DNA of 63,663 nt, the filler included, from Klebsormidium nitens (lineage: Eukaryota; Plantae; Klebsormidiophyceae), in assembly GCA_000708835.1 (NCBI GenBank). It is 7 parts of 7 records of this genome, joined end to end, with 100 filler letters (N's around TTAATTAATTAA, not from the genome) between each part and the next. Parts side by side here need not be neighbours in the genome. Positions count along the whole stretch, not along the records: positions 12,804 to 35,767 come from DF237402.1; 6 more parts are not named here. One strand, written 5' to 3'. The position numbers and the translations under genes were made by a program. Positions 12,804-24,283 of this stretch are shown here, piece by piece (the stretch's first letter is position 1; every line of letters starts with the position of its first letter). The notes beneath the pieces were generated by a model. That model had not been told where the DNA came from, made no database searches, and saw only the letters and a program-made list of their open reading frames with translations.

Positions 12804-12971
12804 TTCTCCAGTCTTCTCTGAGTCTCGCTGCCAGACCAAAGTGCTTTTGCGTGACCCCAGACTTTCCAAGTTCGGACCACCTTTCTGCAAGTCGTTCGGG
12901 GAGATGCCATCAGCCGCATCACCCTCATCCTGCCATGAACTTGGAGCCAGCTGGGAACAAGTGAGGCCCAT
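12804..12971 (-). CDS. MGLxxS family paralog 1 (5' part only; runs into a gap)
   Basis: ATG at 12971 gives MGLTCSQLAPSSWQDEGDAADGISPNDLQKGGP, which clearly aligns with the N-terminus of paralog 3 (MGLAFSQLAPQQSRQPADCADGISQNEVHEGAP). Confidence 0.7.
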
Positions 12972-13944
12972 CTTTCGCTTGCTCCTGTGAACTAAGACAA
13001 AGTGCGGCCTGACGGACTTCGTTTGCAATGGCTGGCCGCTACCAGCTCTGCAAGTCAGTGACCGATTTTGATGCCGGGCGCGGCGCGGCCGCGAGCACCG
13101 TCACTAACGAAGGGTTTGCACCACGAGGTTTCTGGTCGACCGTCTATCGACTACCGTACTGGTACGGTCGTACGGTGTCAGAAGTACGTGCTCGCAATGA
13201 TCAGGCGAACTACTTCTGACTTCAACCGGGGGCTCGCTTGACGGAGCATCATGAGCAGAACCGGACCGGGGTTCTTGAATTTGCAGTCTCAAGATTGATT
13301 CGAATACAACAGGATAAAACTGGCTTCAAAATCTGCTTGTGGTGTAGCCGCACCCGATCCGCTCTGCAACAAGCGCCTAACTCTTTTTCGTCCAGGTCCT
13401 CAAAAATCTGCTGTACGTTGCCCGTTTCTCCGTTCCGTTCTGCCGTGACGCAGGCATTTAGGCTTCCTTGTATATGTGTTCAAACTTCAGTCCGCTTACA
13501 ATTGCTTCGACTCGACCAAAGCACTGAGGCCGCCGTTCAAAGTCGCCCTCTGTACACCTATCATTCACTGTGACATCGAGCCCCGTCACTGTTTCCAAAT
13601 TTTCCACGTTAAAAGTGGAACCCCCTGGAGAAGCTTCTAAGAGCAGCCGCCGAGCTGCAGCTTGCCTGGCCGGCCCCCGGGCTCTTATCTACCGGTCATA
13701 TCATTGCTCCCCCTGTGTCAATCCGCCCCTCATGAGCCGTTTCGTTTCCTTCGCTCGTTCCAATTCATGAACCGTTCCGCTTTTGAGAGTCGTTCCGTTT
13801 GAAGAATTGGCCCTGTGCTTGCAGCGCTCCGGCGGAGCGCATCAGCGGAACGTCGCGGCCGCGGCCGCCGCACGGCCACCCCGAGCCCGACTGACCGCAG
13901 CGCGGCCGCCATCCCGGCCACGCGCGCCGCGGCCTCGTCCTCGT

Positions 13945-14400
13945 CTCGAGCACAGCCGCAATGACGTCAGGCGACGTCCTTGTGAGCGTTGCGCTTACGT
14001 TGAGTCCGAAACTGGCTGCCAAACGCGCCCGGCGGGGTGGCCTCGAAATTTGTTCGCGTGCCTAGTTGGTGTACTAAGGTCTTTATCGGTGTTATAATTG
14101 TCGCATAGTAAGGAGGAGCCGATAGAGTGGCGGGCGGAAGAAGCAGTTTGGTCGCGGCGTTCGTGCGCTCGCCACCCGCCAGCAACACCGGGAGGGGCAT
14201 ATACTGAGGTCGACACGTAGAACTGCCCAAAGTGGTTTGTCATTCCGCTTGGTATTTGTTGGACCCTTAGATTCCATTTCCGTTGACGTCGTACACGATG
14301 GGAGGTGATTGTTGAACGCCTGCCCGGTTACGATGTACTCCGTCCCCCCGCTCGGGTAAGCATTGTAAGCGCTGACGCAGATTGCTTTCCCCGGCACGTT
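13945..14400 (-). pseudogene. Pseudogene for a bacterial-type surface-protein module (DxNxNG ... GG-x-...-AP ... ITPxxTLV ... FGL)
   Basis: Read across 2 frameshifts and 2 stops it gives GTEYIVTGQAFN/PPIVYDVNGNGIxGSNKYQAExQTTLGS...VLLAGGERTNAAT...LSAPPYYATIITPIKTLV.../LAASFGLNVSATLTRTSPDVIAAVL. It is preceded by G/S/P-rich linker-like sequence at ~14500-15000. Confidence 0.5.
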
Positions 14401-16188
14401 GAACAGGCTTTCCGACGAAATATTAACGCCCGGGGCTCGCCTGGTGTCCTGAAGCTTTCCCCGACCGCTTCCGCTCCCACTCTCAGAAAATTGCTCGGAT
14501 TGCCAGCGAAATCAAAACGCTGTCAACGGAAGGATCGCTGGCGGGGCCTTTCGCGATCGACGTTAGGGGCGCTGTCCACTCCTCAGGCAGCGCCCCTGCG
14601 CCCGGTGAGTCGGTCGGGGGCCTGCCCGGTGGGCTGTCAGTGCCGATTCCCCCGGGCCCGCTTCCACTTCCCGGGCTCCCTGTCACTCCCAATCCGAGGG
14701 CAAGTTCCCGGAGCCACTGCCGACGCCATTTTCACTTGGCGCTGGGCTGCCACTCTCCCCTGACACGCCCCGGGGGGGCCAGTTCCCGCCCGGGGGCTTT
14801 CAATCGCCCCGGTCAGTTTCCTCCGGGGGGGCTGCCATGCTTCCCGACGGTTCTGGCCGGGGGGCTTCCGCTGCCGGGAAATCTGTCCCAGCGGGAGAAC
14901 TGCTACTCTCAGGGCGAGCTTCCCCTCCCACCAGGGGGAGTGCTGGTTTCAGCTCCCCCTTGCTCCGGACAGATTTTAGCGGCCCCCTTGTGGCAATTGC
15001 GAAAAAGTGCTGCCGGGACGGTGCCTGCGAACCGACGGACAGGCGCTCAAAGGCTCAATTTGATTGTTTCGCAGTTCACGGATTCATCGTTTCTGTACGA
15101 AGTTGACAGGGCTGCTGGCCAAATGTCATTTGCAGCTGCGAAAAGAAGCGACTTGGATGTCATATCGTCAATCTCAAGCTGGTTGCCTGGGCGTGCATAA
15201 AATCCGCCGAATCACTGATGGATGGATGCCTGTGAATGATTATTACATATGACCATCGTTTAGGAGCTAAAGAAGGTCAAAAATCCAACCGAGGAGGACC
15301 ATATGAAAGCAATCCCGTTAGACAGCCCTCCGAATTATCTGGAGGGCGATTAAACCAATCATTCGACGCGGTATTTTGTCTTGTAACCACGTAAAACGTC
15401 AAAGCGCACACATGTACACTTCGCGAGAAAAAATCGTCACTCAAACGTTTGCATAAACTTAGAGGTCGAATCAACTGAGGACATTTCAAACGTCAAGCAA
15501 CGATTCGAAGATTGAATCCAGGCATCGATTCTCTTCTGGTGCAAAAACGCGAAATCTTTCGAATATTGAAGCTTTCTGTAGTTTTTGCGATATTTGTGGC
15601 TCCGAAATCGACTAGAGAGTATCTTTCGCTATGAGGCCTCATACATGTGCGTCCAGTCTTTCTTCGAAGATTCTCATCAATCGCATTAATTTGCCATCTC
15701 CTGTTTTGGCAGTGTAACATATAACGTCAAATGGTCCTACCAGCTCCAACACCTACAACATCATCACTTTGCTGGGCGCCGTGTGCGCAAGTGGGCGGAA
15801 CGTACAGCAAGCTGATGCATTCTCCGCACCCGCTGATTGCTTAAAGAAGCAACCATTCTGGCGGACCATACGGTTTGCAGATGTTAGGAAGTGACATCAA
15901 AGAAGCTATGAATTGGAAGCGACCATCGAGCAGACGATATAGGAGCCTAGAAGCTCCCTTTTGGGACAGCGCCAAATGTTCCTTGTGACTGACACGAACC
16001 TTGAGAACAAATCATGAAGGACAACTCATCACGAAAACAATTGGTGAATACCAAAGCAAGTTGTTCAGAGTCGCGCAGGTCTGCTTTAAACGTGACGGCC
16101 ATTTTGATACTGCCCTTTTGGAACACCGCACCAAGCTTTTTGAACACTTTCACTATTGAGAATGTTCCTCTTGAACCTATACAAAAAC

Positions 16189-17013
16189 TTAAGCCTCTGC
16201 TGCCTTCTTTGCCTCAACCTCCCACGGAGCTCTCTTCATTGCAGCCCTGAGAGCCTTCTTTTTGGCCTCCTTCTCCGCCTCTAGTTGTTTTTCGTATCCC
16301 TCGGCTTCCATGGCTGACATCTCTTCTATGAGGGTTCTGAAAGCTTTGGCCATGTTCCCGTAGTTTTCGGTTGTAATAGTGATGTTCTTGGCGGAGTTCA
16401 ACGTTTCCTTAGGTAGGTTTGAAGGGACACACTGAAGCATAATTTGTGTCCTCCCTCGCCATTGCTTTGCTTCTGGAGCCGCCCATTCCGCTCCTTTGGA
16501 CATGTCCTCGAGATTCCGGCGGAGCTCCTCCAGAACGGAAGGCCAGAGCTCCTCCGACCCCCTTGTCACGTGCATGGACGCATTCACACTTGCAAATATC
16601 TGCGCCAAGAAAGTGGCCACCTGAATGACCCTGTCACCATGACCTTTGAATTGTTCATCTTGCAAGCCTTGCCAAAATGCGGACAGCTCCATTGCGAAGG
16701 CCTTCGGAAACGCGTCTCCATGTTGCTCCCAGCACTTGCGCAGCCTTTCGGCATGGGCCTCCGTTTGAGCATCCCTTTCCAAGTGATTTTCCTCTGTCAC
16801 TAGCAACCTCTGAGGGATCCCCGAGTTTGCTACGTCAATCAACACCCAGGAGGTAACGACAGAAGGTGCTGGCATAAGATCTTCAAACCGTTCCGCTTCC
16901 AGCGCTGACGTTTTTATCAAAGACTCGGGGGGATCTTTCGTGTGCAGGTTGCTGGAGGAAGTATCGTCCGCAGGCGCAGGGGCTGCGGCGCACCGCGAAA
17001 AGAACAGACCCAT
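16189..17013 (-). CDS. MGLxxS family paralog 2, 274 aa, unknown function
   Basis: Intact ORF from ATG 17013 (MGLFFSRC...). It shares the blocks ExHxxRLxxCWxxHGxAFPxAFxxELS, SxHVxxxSxELWxSVL and RAPWE with paralog 3. Confidence 0.8.
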   Translation of the reverse strand: MGLFFSRCAAAPAPADDTSSSNLHTKDPPESLIKTSALEAERFEDLMPAPSVVTSWVLIDVANSGIPQRLLVTEENHLERDAQTEAHAERLRKCWEQHGDAFPKAFAMELSAFWQGLQDEQFKGHGDRVIQVATFLAQIFASVNASMHVTRGSEELWPSVLEELRRNLEDMSKGAEWAAPEAKQWRGRTQIMLQCVPSNLPKETLNSAKNITITTENYGNMAKAFRTLIEEMSAMEAEGYEKQLEAEKEAKKKALRAAMKRAPWEVEAKKAAEA

Positions 17014-18286
17014 CTTCGACCAGGCTGCCAAGTGAACAAACACACCTCTGCTTCTCTGCCGATCTCCGAATGAACAAATCCTGAGGTCCGAGTTTACCTT
17101 CCAGTCGACAAGCGGCCGGATGGACACGCGGTCACGATGTCTCGAGGGTTTGCAGGGCTTGATTGGAATCAACCGCTCGCGCGCGCGCGCACTACTCTCA
17201 GGCGCGCCACACGCGCGGCCAGACTCGCACGGACGTCCGAGTCACCTCGCTCGGCGACCCGGCGGCCGCAGATTGCAGCCTATGCGACGCGCTCAGGCTG
17301 GCAACGTCGACGTCCGAACAGCGCTGCCGCCCATCTGTCACTCAGATTCATCGCATACATTCGCTCCACGAGGCAACTCATCGCTGCTCTAGTTAAGCTA
17401 CGTACAACTGCACCGAGAAATCTTGCTTGCTGCACAAGCGACGTCGCCATACTTCGTGGAGGTTTCGTGGCTCGTCATTTTCGTGGAGGTTCGTGGGCTG
17501 GGACTCATAGTCGAGATGGTTGCAAGTAGTCTCTCACAATGACCAGTGATCAGTCCCGTCGAAGGACGCGTTTGTTTCGGAATTAAGCCATTTTATTCAC
17601 AGCCAGTAAACATGGCGGACAAAAATCTCGGTGGGGGAGTATGTTGGCTTTCTAGATCTTACGTACTTGAGGTGACCTTGCTCTGGAATGCCAAATGTAA
17701 TGACAACTCGATGGTGCATATGATATCGAGGCCAGGTGGAAATCCCGAGAGGCTTCATCTTGGATGTGAGCATTAACGGTTTCACAAGCTTGCGGGCATA
17801 TATCCTACAATTGCCAGTAAGGTCAATTGTAAGATTCTAAATAGGGCCGATGATGCTTTGAATTCAGACGGTCTGACAACTATTAACCAGTGCGTACTAG
17901 TCCATAACACAGTAGTTGCTCCGAGTCAGGGAAGGTATTCATGCAGTGGGTCACACGGATACCGTTGGTAGGTTCTGCAAACATTGCGCTATCGTATTAG
18001 TCTCCTGCGCACCGATGAGCTTTCATATCCTTCAGAGTGTACAAAAAGCCATGCTTGGTAGAAATTACGTAAAAGAAACTCACACTTCGGAAAAAGCTGC
18101 AACGGTTCTTACCAATAAAGAGAACAGACCAATAAACGATTCATGAAGAAGGCGCTGTTGTTGTGCCACTTTGGATCTCATTCAACTCCGGTCCCTAGAC
18201 GACGTTGGATTTTGCCAAACAGCACTTGTTCCTTGTGTGCCCTATCTGCCGTATCAACTTCGAGTGCGGCCTAACCTCTGCTGTTA

Positions 18287-19153
18287 TCAAGCGAAGTCCT
18301 GAACCACAACGAACGCTTCATTTTCCCAAGGCGCCCGGTTGAGGGAAGCCTTTATGCTCGCAAGTTTTCTTGCTTTGCTCAGTGCCGCAGACATTTTATA
18401 TGCTTCAGACTGCACCTTGTGAAGGTCTACCCACAGCTTATCAAGTTCGTTGTACAGGTCACGTATGTTGTTCGTATCAGCTACCGATTCCGTTGCTAAA
18501 TGTAACCAGCAGTCCGTCTGCAATAGGCTGAGCAGACTCATAATCCTCTCACGCCAAAGGATCGATGCCGCTTCCGCCCACTCCGGACCTTGATCAGACA
18601 TCTGGTCGTGTTTCCGGCGGAACGCCGCCAGGACGGACACCCAAAGCTCCTGCGAGTCCTTTCTGACGTGCACGGAGTCCTCGCTGCTAGCAAAGACGTC
18701 TGCCAAGAAGCTTGACAGCTGACCCAGCTTGTTTATGGGAAAGCAAGGACCTACTTTGCAGTCTTCTTCCTGAAAGCTGGCCACAAGCAGGGACAGCTCC
18801 TCGACAAAAGCCTCAGGAAACGCTTCCCCGTGCTTCTTCCAGCAACTGAGCAACCGAGCTACATGCACCTCAGTTTCAACCTCTATTCTCCCCTTTTCTT
18901 CGTCGTTAGTTTGCCACGTGGAGGGCCAGTCAATAACCTCGCGCAGAACCCACCTGATCACCACCGGAGGAGCCGCGGTCACTTCTTCATCTTTCTCTTC
19001 TTGCCTTGAGGAAAAAGTGCTTCTGCACGACCCCATGCCGCACTCCAGGTCATAAGGAGCGCCTTCGTGCACTTCGTTCTGGGAGATGCCGTCAGCGCAA
19101 TCAGCAGGCTGCCGCGACTGCTGTGGAGCCAACTGAGAGAAAGCGAGGCCCAT
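18287..19153 (-). CDS. MGLxxS family paralog 3, 288 aa, unknown function
   Basis: Intact ORF MGLAFSQL...RAPWENEAF..., colinear with paralog 2. Confidence 0.8.
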   Translation of the reverse strand: MGLAFSQLAPQQSRQPADCADGISQNEVHEGAPYDLECGMGSCRSTFSSRQEEKDEEVTAAPPVVIRWVLREVIDWPSTWQTNDEEKGRIEVETEVHVARLLSCWKKHGEAFPEAFVEELSLLVASFQEEDCKVGPCFPINKLGQLSSFLADVFASSEDSVHVRKDSQELWVSVLAAFRRKHDQMSDQGPEWAEAASILWRERIMSLLSLLQTDCWLHLATESVADTNNIRDLYNELDKLWVDLHKVQSEAYKMSAALSKARKLASIKASLNRAPWENEAFVVVQDFA

Positions 19154-20676
19154 CTTTACAAGAATTACGTCTGAACAAAAACGAGCGCTTGCTGATTGAT
19201 ATTTTGTTGTTGCGAAAGCTTGAGAAACTTGGGCTACAGGCGGGGCTATACAGGACGCGAGCTAGCCGCGCCCAAGCGGACCGCGGCCGCGAGCTGAGCA
19301 CCGTCACCTATGAAGGGTTTCCAGGTTCGACTGACTGTCAATCGGTCACCGTACAGCACGATCGCACGACGTCAGAAGTTAGTGCCGCCAATGATGAGAC
19401 ACAGGAAGTTTGAACTGGGCGCTCGCTCGAGGAAACTTTTGAGTAGGACCGACGTACCGGGTGACCGGGCCGGCTCGACGAACAGGTATCTCCCGCCGCC
19501 AATCATATGCCGAGCTTCGAGTGCCCAGCACATGCCACACGGCTGCTGTGCTGACGCTGGACGGCCCGTGGGCCCTTGTATCTCTTGTAAAGCCTCAAAA
19601 GTTGCTGAGTTCAGATGCGGCGCTGTCGCTTGATGAAAGTGAGGGATCCCTGGTAATCTGGTATCACTGCAAAATGGAATCCAGGAATCCAAGAATCTTT
19701 TCCAGCTTCGACGGCTCTCAGTCATCACTACAAAGCAGCAGATTATAATCTCATCCTCATCCGGATCTGTCTACCCGACGCTTCAATCAACATCATCAAA
19801 GCTGCAACGTACAGGGGCGTCGTGCTTACTGCTAGCACCTAAGAAGGGGGTGTGCCGAATGTCAATTGCATGTGCATATTCCATTCTCAATGAGCATCTT
19901 GTGACCGCGACAGATTCATGTCGATGGCATGGACCTCTGTCGAAGTATGTAATACGCATGATGGGTCTTGCCGGCGGGAGTGGGGTTTATTTGCCATATA
20001 TTTGATTGGAGTCACGATACGAATCGGATTGTCGGCTACATACAGGTGAACATCTTCACTTCTCAGAGGTGAGTGCGGCTTGCGTATCAGATCAATAATG
20101 GATAAGTGAATTCCGCGTTCCTATACGTGACCAGAGACCGCGGGGGCACCTATTACGGGCCTGTTGATCTGTTGACGCCGGCCCGCTGAGCAGTATAGTA
20201 TGAAAGCTTCTGACACCCCAACAAACACAAAACTAGAAAAGGCAGGATGCACTATCGAGTACTTCCTTGGCTCCTAATTCAGTACTTCCTAGTCTCCTGT
20301 TACAATTCTTCTGAAGCGATTCACGCGCGACAGCACTGAAGCCCTCTAGGGCCGTTCAGCTGCTCGTCTCCCGCCAGACGGCTGCTTTGCTGACGTCCTG
20401 TTAGTGGCTACTATCTCAGGCAAGGGGGCGTGGGGCGAGCGGTCCGGATGCGGTACTGCCGGTACGACCAGAAGAGTCTGCAAAAGGGCAGTCGATTGTA
20501 TCGTTTCTCATCTGCATCGGGCTTAGCGACTTTGCGTTTGCATCATGAGTACAAGGAGGCACAGCTGATTCCTGGACCGATCTCGGAACCAGCTGTCCGG
20601 GGAATTTTGCGGACTTCATGTCTCCTGTACTTAACCATTCGTTTCAGTATACGTACGTCGATGTCCGTGTCATGGT

Positions 20677-23600
20677 TCAACTGACCTGCGCGCAGATCGC
20701 TTAGCACGCATGCGACAGACGATCCTTGCGAACAAAGGTGACATCTGATATACGTTTGCGCAGCTCATTCTTATGTCGAGGAATGTATCCAGAACCAAAC
20801 GAGCCTGGTTATGCGAAAAGCGTACCTGCGAAAGCGCAAGCCGTCGGTATGAATCCGCTGAACACCGCTCCGGCTCTTCCTCGCAAGCCACGAGCCCCGC
20901 TTGCACGGAATATTCCGCGCCGGAATCCGCGAATCGGGACCGGAAACGGCCTTCTCCGACCGTTGCCGTGACGTTGGTCCGCGTAACGGTGCCGTTAGAG
21001 AGGGCGACCAGCACGAGCTCCAAACGCAAGCCGTCCAGCCCATGGCACAGAGAACGGTCGCCGCCAAAAGTGGCGGCGAAGCGGCTGCAGTTCGCGGTAA
21101 TCTGGAACTCGACCTCGTCCCCGACAGCGGCAGTGAGGCCGTCGTAGAAGCCAGGTGTGTGCTCGCAGGAAGGCTTTTTCCTGTGCCGAGAGTCCTGCAA
21201 GGAGTCAGGAAACGACGAGAGTCATGAAAAGACGAGCTCGTTCGTGGGGGACAGTTCTGGGTAGGGCAACAGCTGGCAACAGAATCTGGCCGTACGCCTT
21301 CACAAAACCCTGATAATCAAGGCCGCTCCTTCTTCGCAAGATGTCGATTCTTGGTTTTGGGTTTGCGACTTTTGCGACGGGCACTCGCCTCAGCTTTACA
21401 TTCGGAGAATAAGCGGAGTGGCAAAAGGATAAAGATGATATTACTAGCCGCCGGACTCGCCAAACGGCACGAGGAGTAACTACCGGCCGAAGGCAGATTG
21501 TTTTAAATTTCTGCCACTGGCAAGGACATGGATTCGACAAGCCGAGTTTTGAAACTCGAGCCGCAATCTGGACATTTGCGTCTATTCGACGCACATAGGG
21601 CGATGATGCGATGACAATTGAAGACTGCTTAAAATGGTCACAGCAGAAAACGAACCATGAAGTCCTTTTCTTGGACTCTTCCTTACCTCGAGGCGGCTCG
21701 CTTTCAGATCCAAGAACGGCAGCATCTCGTAATCCTGTAGGTGCACCGTATCGATCTCGTACATGTTTCTCGACCGCTTCCCTTGCGCGTTCTTCACGTC
21801 GATGAAAACAGTCCCGGCATCTGCCGGGATCTCTGCCGCCGTCACGTTTTCCGTTCCCGTGACGTTCACGCCCATGTACAGGATGCTTGCCGTCGAATCG
21901 TTGCGAAGCGTCCACGTGGCAAGAGTGAAGTTGTCCACGTGGCTGGGCAAGCGCAGCTTGTAGAAGTAGACGCTTGGAGAGAACGGGGGTTCGAGCAAGC
22001 CAGCCGGGCTTACTTCCACGTCTTTCAGTTCCGTTCCGGCGACCGGAACCCTGACGCTGACGGAATACGACGTAGCGGGCGCGGCCAAACTGTCCTCGGG
22101 CGTCACTTCGAGGGTCACGCTGACGTCGGCTCCTTTCGTCAGCGCCAGCTTGTAAGACGTGCCGCGCCCATAAGCGATGAGGTCCCAAAGCACGGGGTCG
22201 TATTCGCGATAGGTCGTGAGCGCGGCGGAATCCGACGGCGTCCATTCGAGGAGAACGAAATTTGTTGAGGCTTGAATGCCTGGGACCTGGTGAGACAGGC
22301 AGTGAAAACAGAGGGTCTGAAGCTGATACGAAACGTTAAGATAGCCAACTCAACTGTTCTGAGTGATAGCAGCATCAGACTTGATCAATGTAAGGCCCGG
22401 GAAGAAGCTGAAACAAACCGACCCCACAGTGAAAGGGTCGTTAGCTGACCGACTTTGTCCTTACAGGCGGAGCACTACAAAGAAAGACGTGAACGAGCGT
22501 TGAGCTGCTCTTGAGACGCTATTCCTGGTCTGACGTTGAAGCTTCTGTTCAGTACATCCCCGAGGCAAGCAGCAGCGCAGGTACTGGAAAAGTTTCCATT
22601 TGAAAGTTTTCAAGAGTTTGATTACTGGGCACCTTCAGATCTCATGGGGAGCCCTGCACCGTGCCCGTACTGGAAGAACCAGCCTAAAGCCTCATGTGGC
22701 CTTACGCTGCACTGCTTCATAGCACAGACGGTTTGCCTCACCTGCACGTATTCCGGATCTTTCAGGCTGACGTCAACCTTGCGTCCGTCGAAGCTGGCCG
22801 TCAGCCGCCCCAAGGTGCTGAGCTTCCCTTCGGCCCGCGTAACCTCGACGACATAGATCACCGGCACACGGCCATGTCTCGACGTAACGCTGATGCTGAA
22901 GCGCGCTGGTTGCGTTACGTTTGCCAAACGGAAGGCGGAGTCGCTCCGCCACAGGAGGGGATGGAAAGGGAAGCTGGGCGGCAGAGCGGACGTAACCGGA
23001 GCTGCTGTGGTGAGGGTGACGTTACAGCGATTGTCTTGGGTGACTGCGAAGAAGCCCAGTTCAGTCGTCTCTTTGTCGACGGTCAGGTTGAAGGAGAAGG
23101 TCTGCAGGACCCAATGGGAAACTCTGAGCTCTCGTATGGCTGTTGAGCACAGGCTTTCTGCAGCTTGAGGATTCAATTTCCAAGTCAGTCTCAAGAACTT
23201 AAGCTGCCTGTGCTGCTTCTGAAGCGGGAGGGAGCGAAATCTTGGCTCGTTACTTCTGCTGCAATCGACTAAATCTTCCTTGTAAGAGAATTGTTGCAAA
23301 GCAAGGCCGATCGAGGTCCCAATAAAGCTCGTAAAGTACTCCCACTTACGAAGTGCATTTTGACGGAAGGTAGGCTTACCTGCCCACCTGTCCCCGATTG
23401 GAAGTCCTGGAGAGGAAGCGCGACCTTCGTCCCGTTTGCAAGCCAGTAACGAAGCGTCGAAAGCCCCGCCACTTTGGTGCTATGAACCTCCGGGCCTGAG
23501 TAAAGAAACGCAGTCCCCTTAGTTCAAGGAGAAAGAAAAGCTCAGGAGAGTAGTGTTTCTGCATATTGTGCATCTCAGGGTTCAGCTAGCTGCAAAGAAC

Positions 23601-24283
23601 ACACATGATGTGAAGGGGCCCCAATTGACGTCCCCAAAGCTCACGCATGAAACGGCCTTGATCAAACACTGTTCTTGCAGGTGTTCTGAGAGTGCTGATT
23701 AGGAGAGCAGTATGTGTCGCGGCTGCTGACTTTCGCATGAGGTCGCGTTCCAATGCGTGCCAGTGCCACCTGTGGGAGTAAGCAAACAGTAGATCGTACA
23801 AAGTGGTTATAGCTTTGCCCCCACATCATATGATACAAGCTCTAGGCCTAGAAAGAAGCTTGCTCGATACGCAAAAGAAGGGCGTGATCTTCAATGGTGA
23901 TGCAGTTGCACCACAACAGACTGGGCTCTGAAAATCTGGATAATGTATGCGGTTCTTGTGAAGAAGCAGGCTTTTCGAAACTAGGTAAAATCAGGAGACA
24001 ATGTCTGAACACCTAGCTCTAGCCAAACTGTTCAAGAAGGTCGTGAGCGATTCCTGAAACTCCTTTTTGCGCCGGGCCTGACCCTTCTCTTTGATTGGTA
24101 TATTGCAGCTCGGAGTCCTGACCGACTTTCCTACTACTCGGCCCTCTTCATTCTCCTTTCTGCGAGCTTTAAACAGCCGGCAGGCTTTGTTAGGAGCTTA
24201 CCCTCTGTTCGAGTGGCATCTCCGCCGCTAGGAAACACGACTGCCAGCAACAGCACATTGCCAAGAGCTGCCACTCTCCGCAT
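20677..24283 (-). CDS. Secreted protein with repeated cadherin-like beta-sandwich domains (spliced; 3' end uncertain)
   Basis: Exons 24283-24202 (signal peptide MRRVAALGNVLLLAVVFPSGGDA), 23495-23380, 23218-22742, 22286-21687 and 21194-20826 join in phase at GT/AG sites. Motifs LEPPFSPSVYFYKLRLP...IDVKNAQGKRSRNMYEI and SISVTSRHGRVPVIYVVEVTRAEGKLSTLGRL match the cadherin-like beta-sandwich pattern. Confidence 0.7.

Noticed and set aside
21205-22268. 346-aa and 175-aa Arg-rich ORFs
   Set aside because: They are alternative-frame or antisense shadows of the GC-rich cadherin-like exon.
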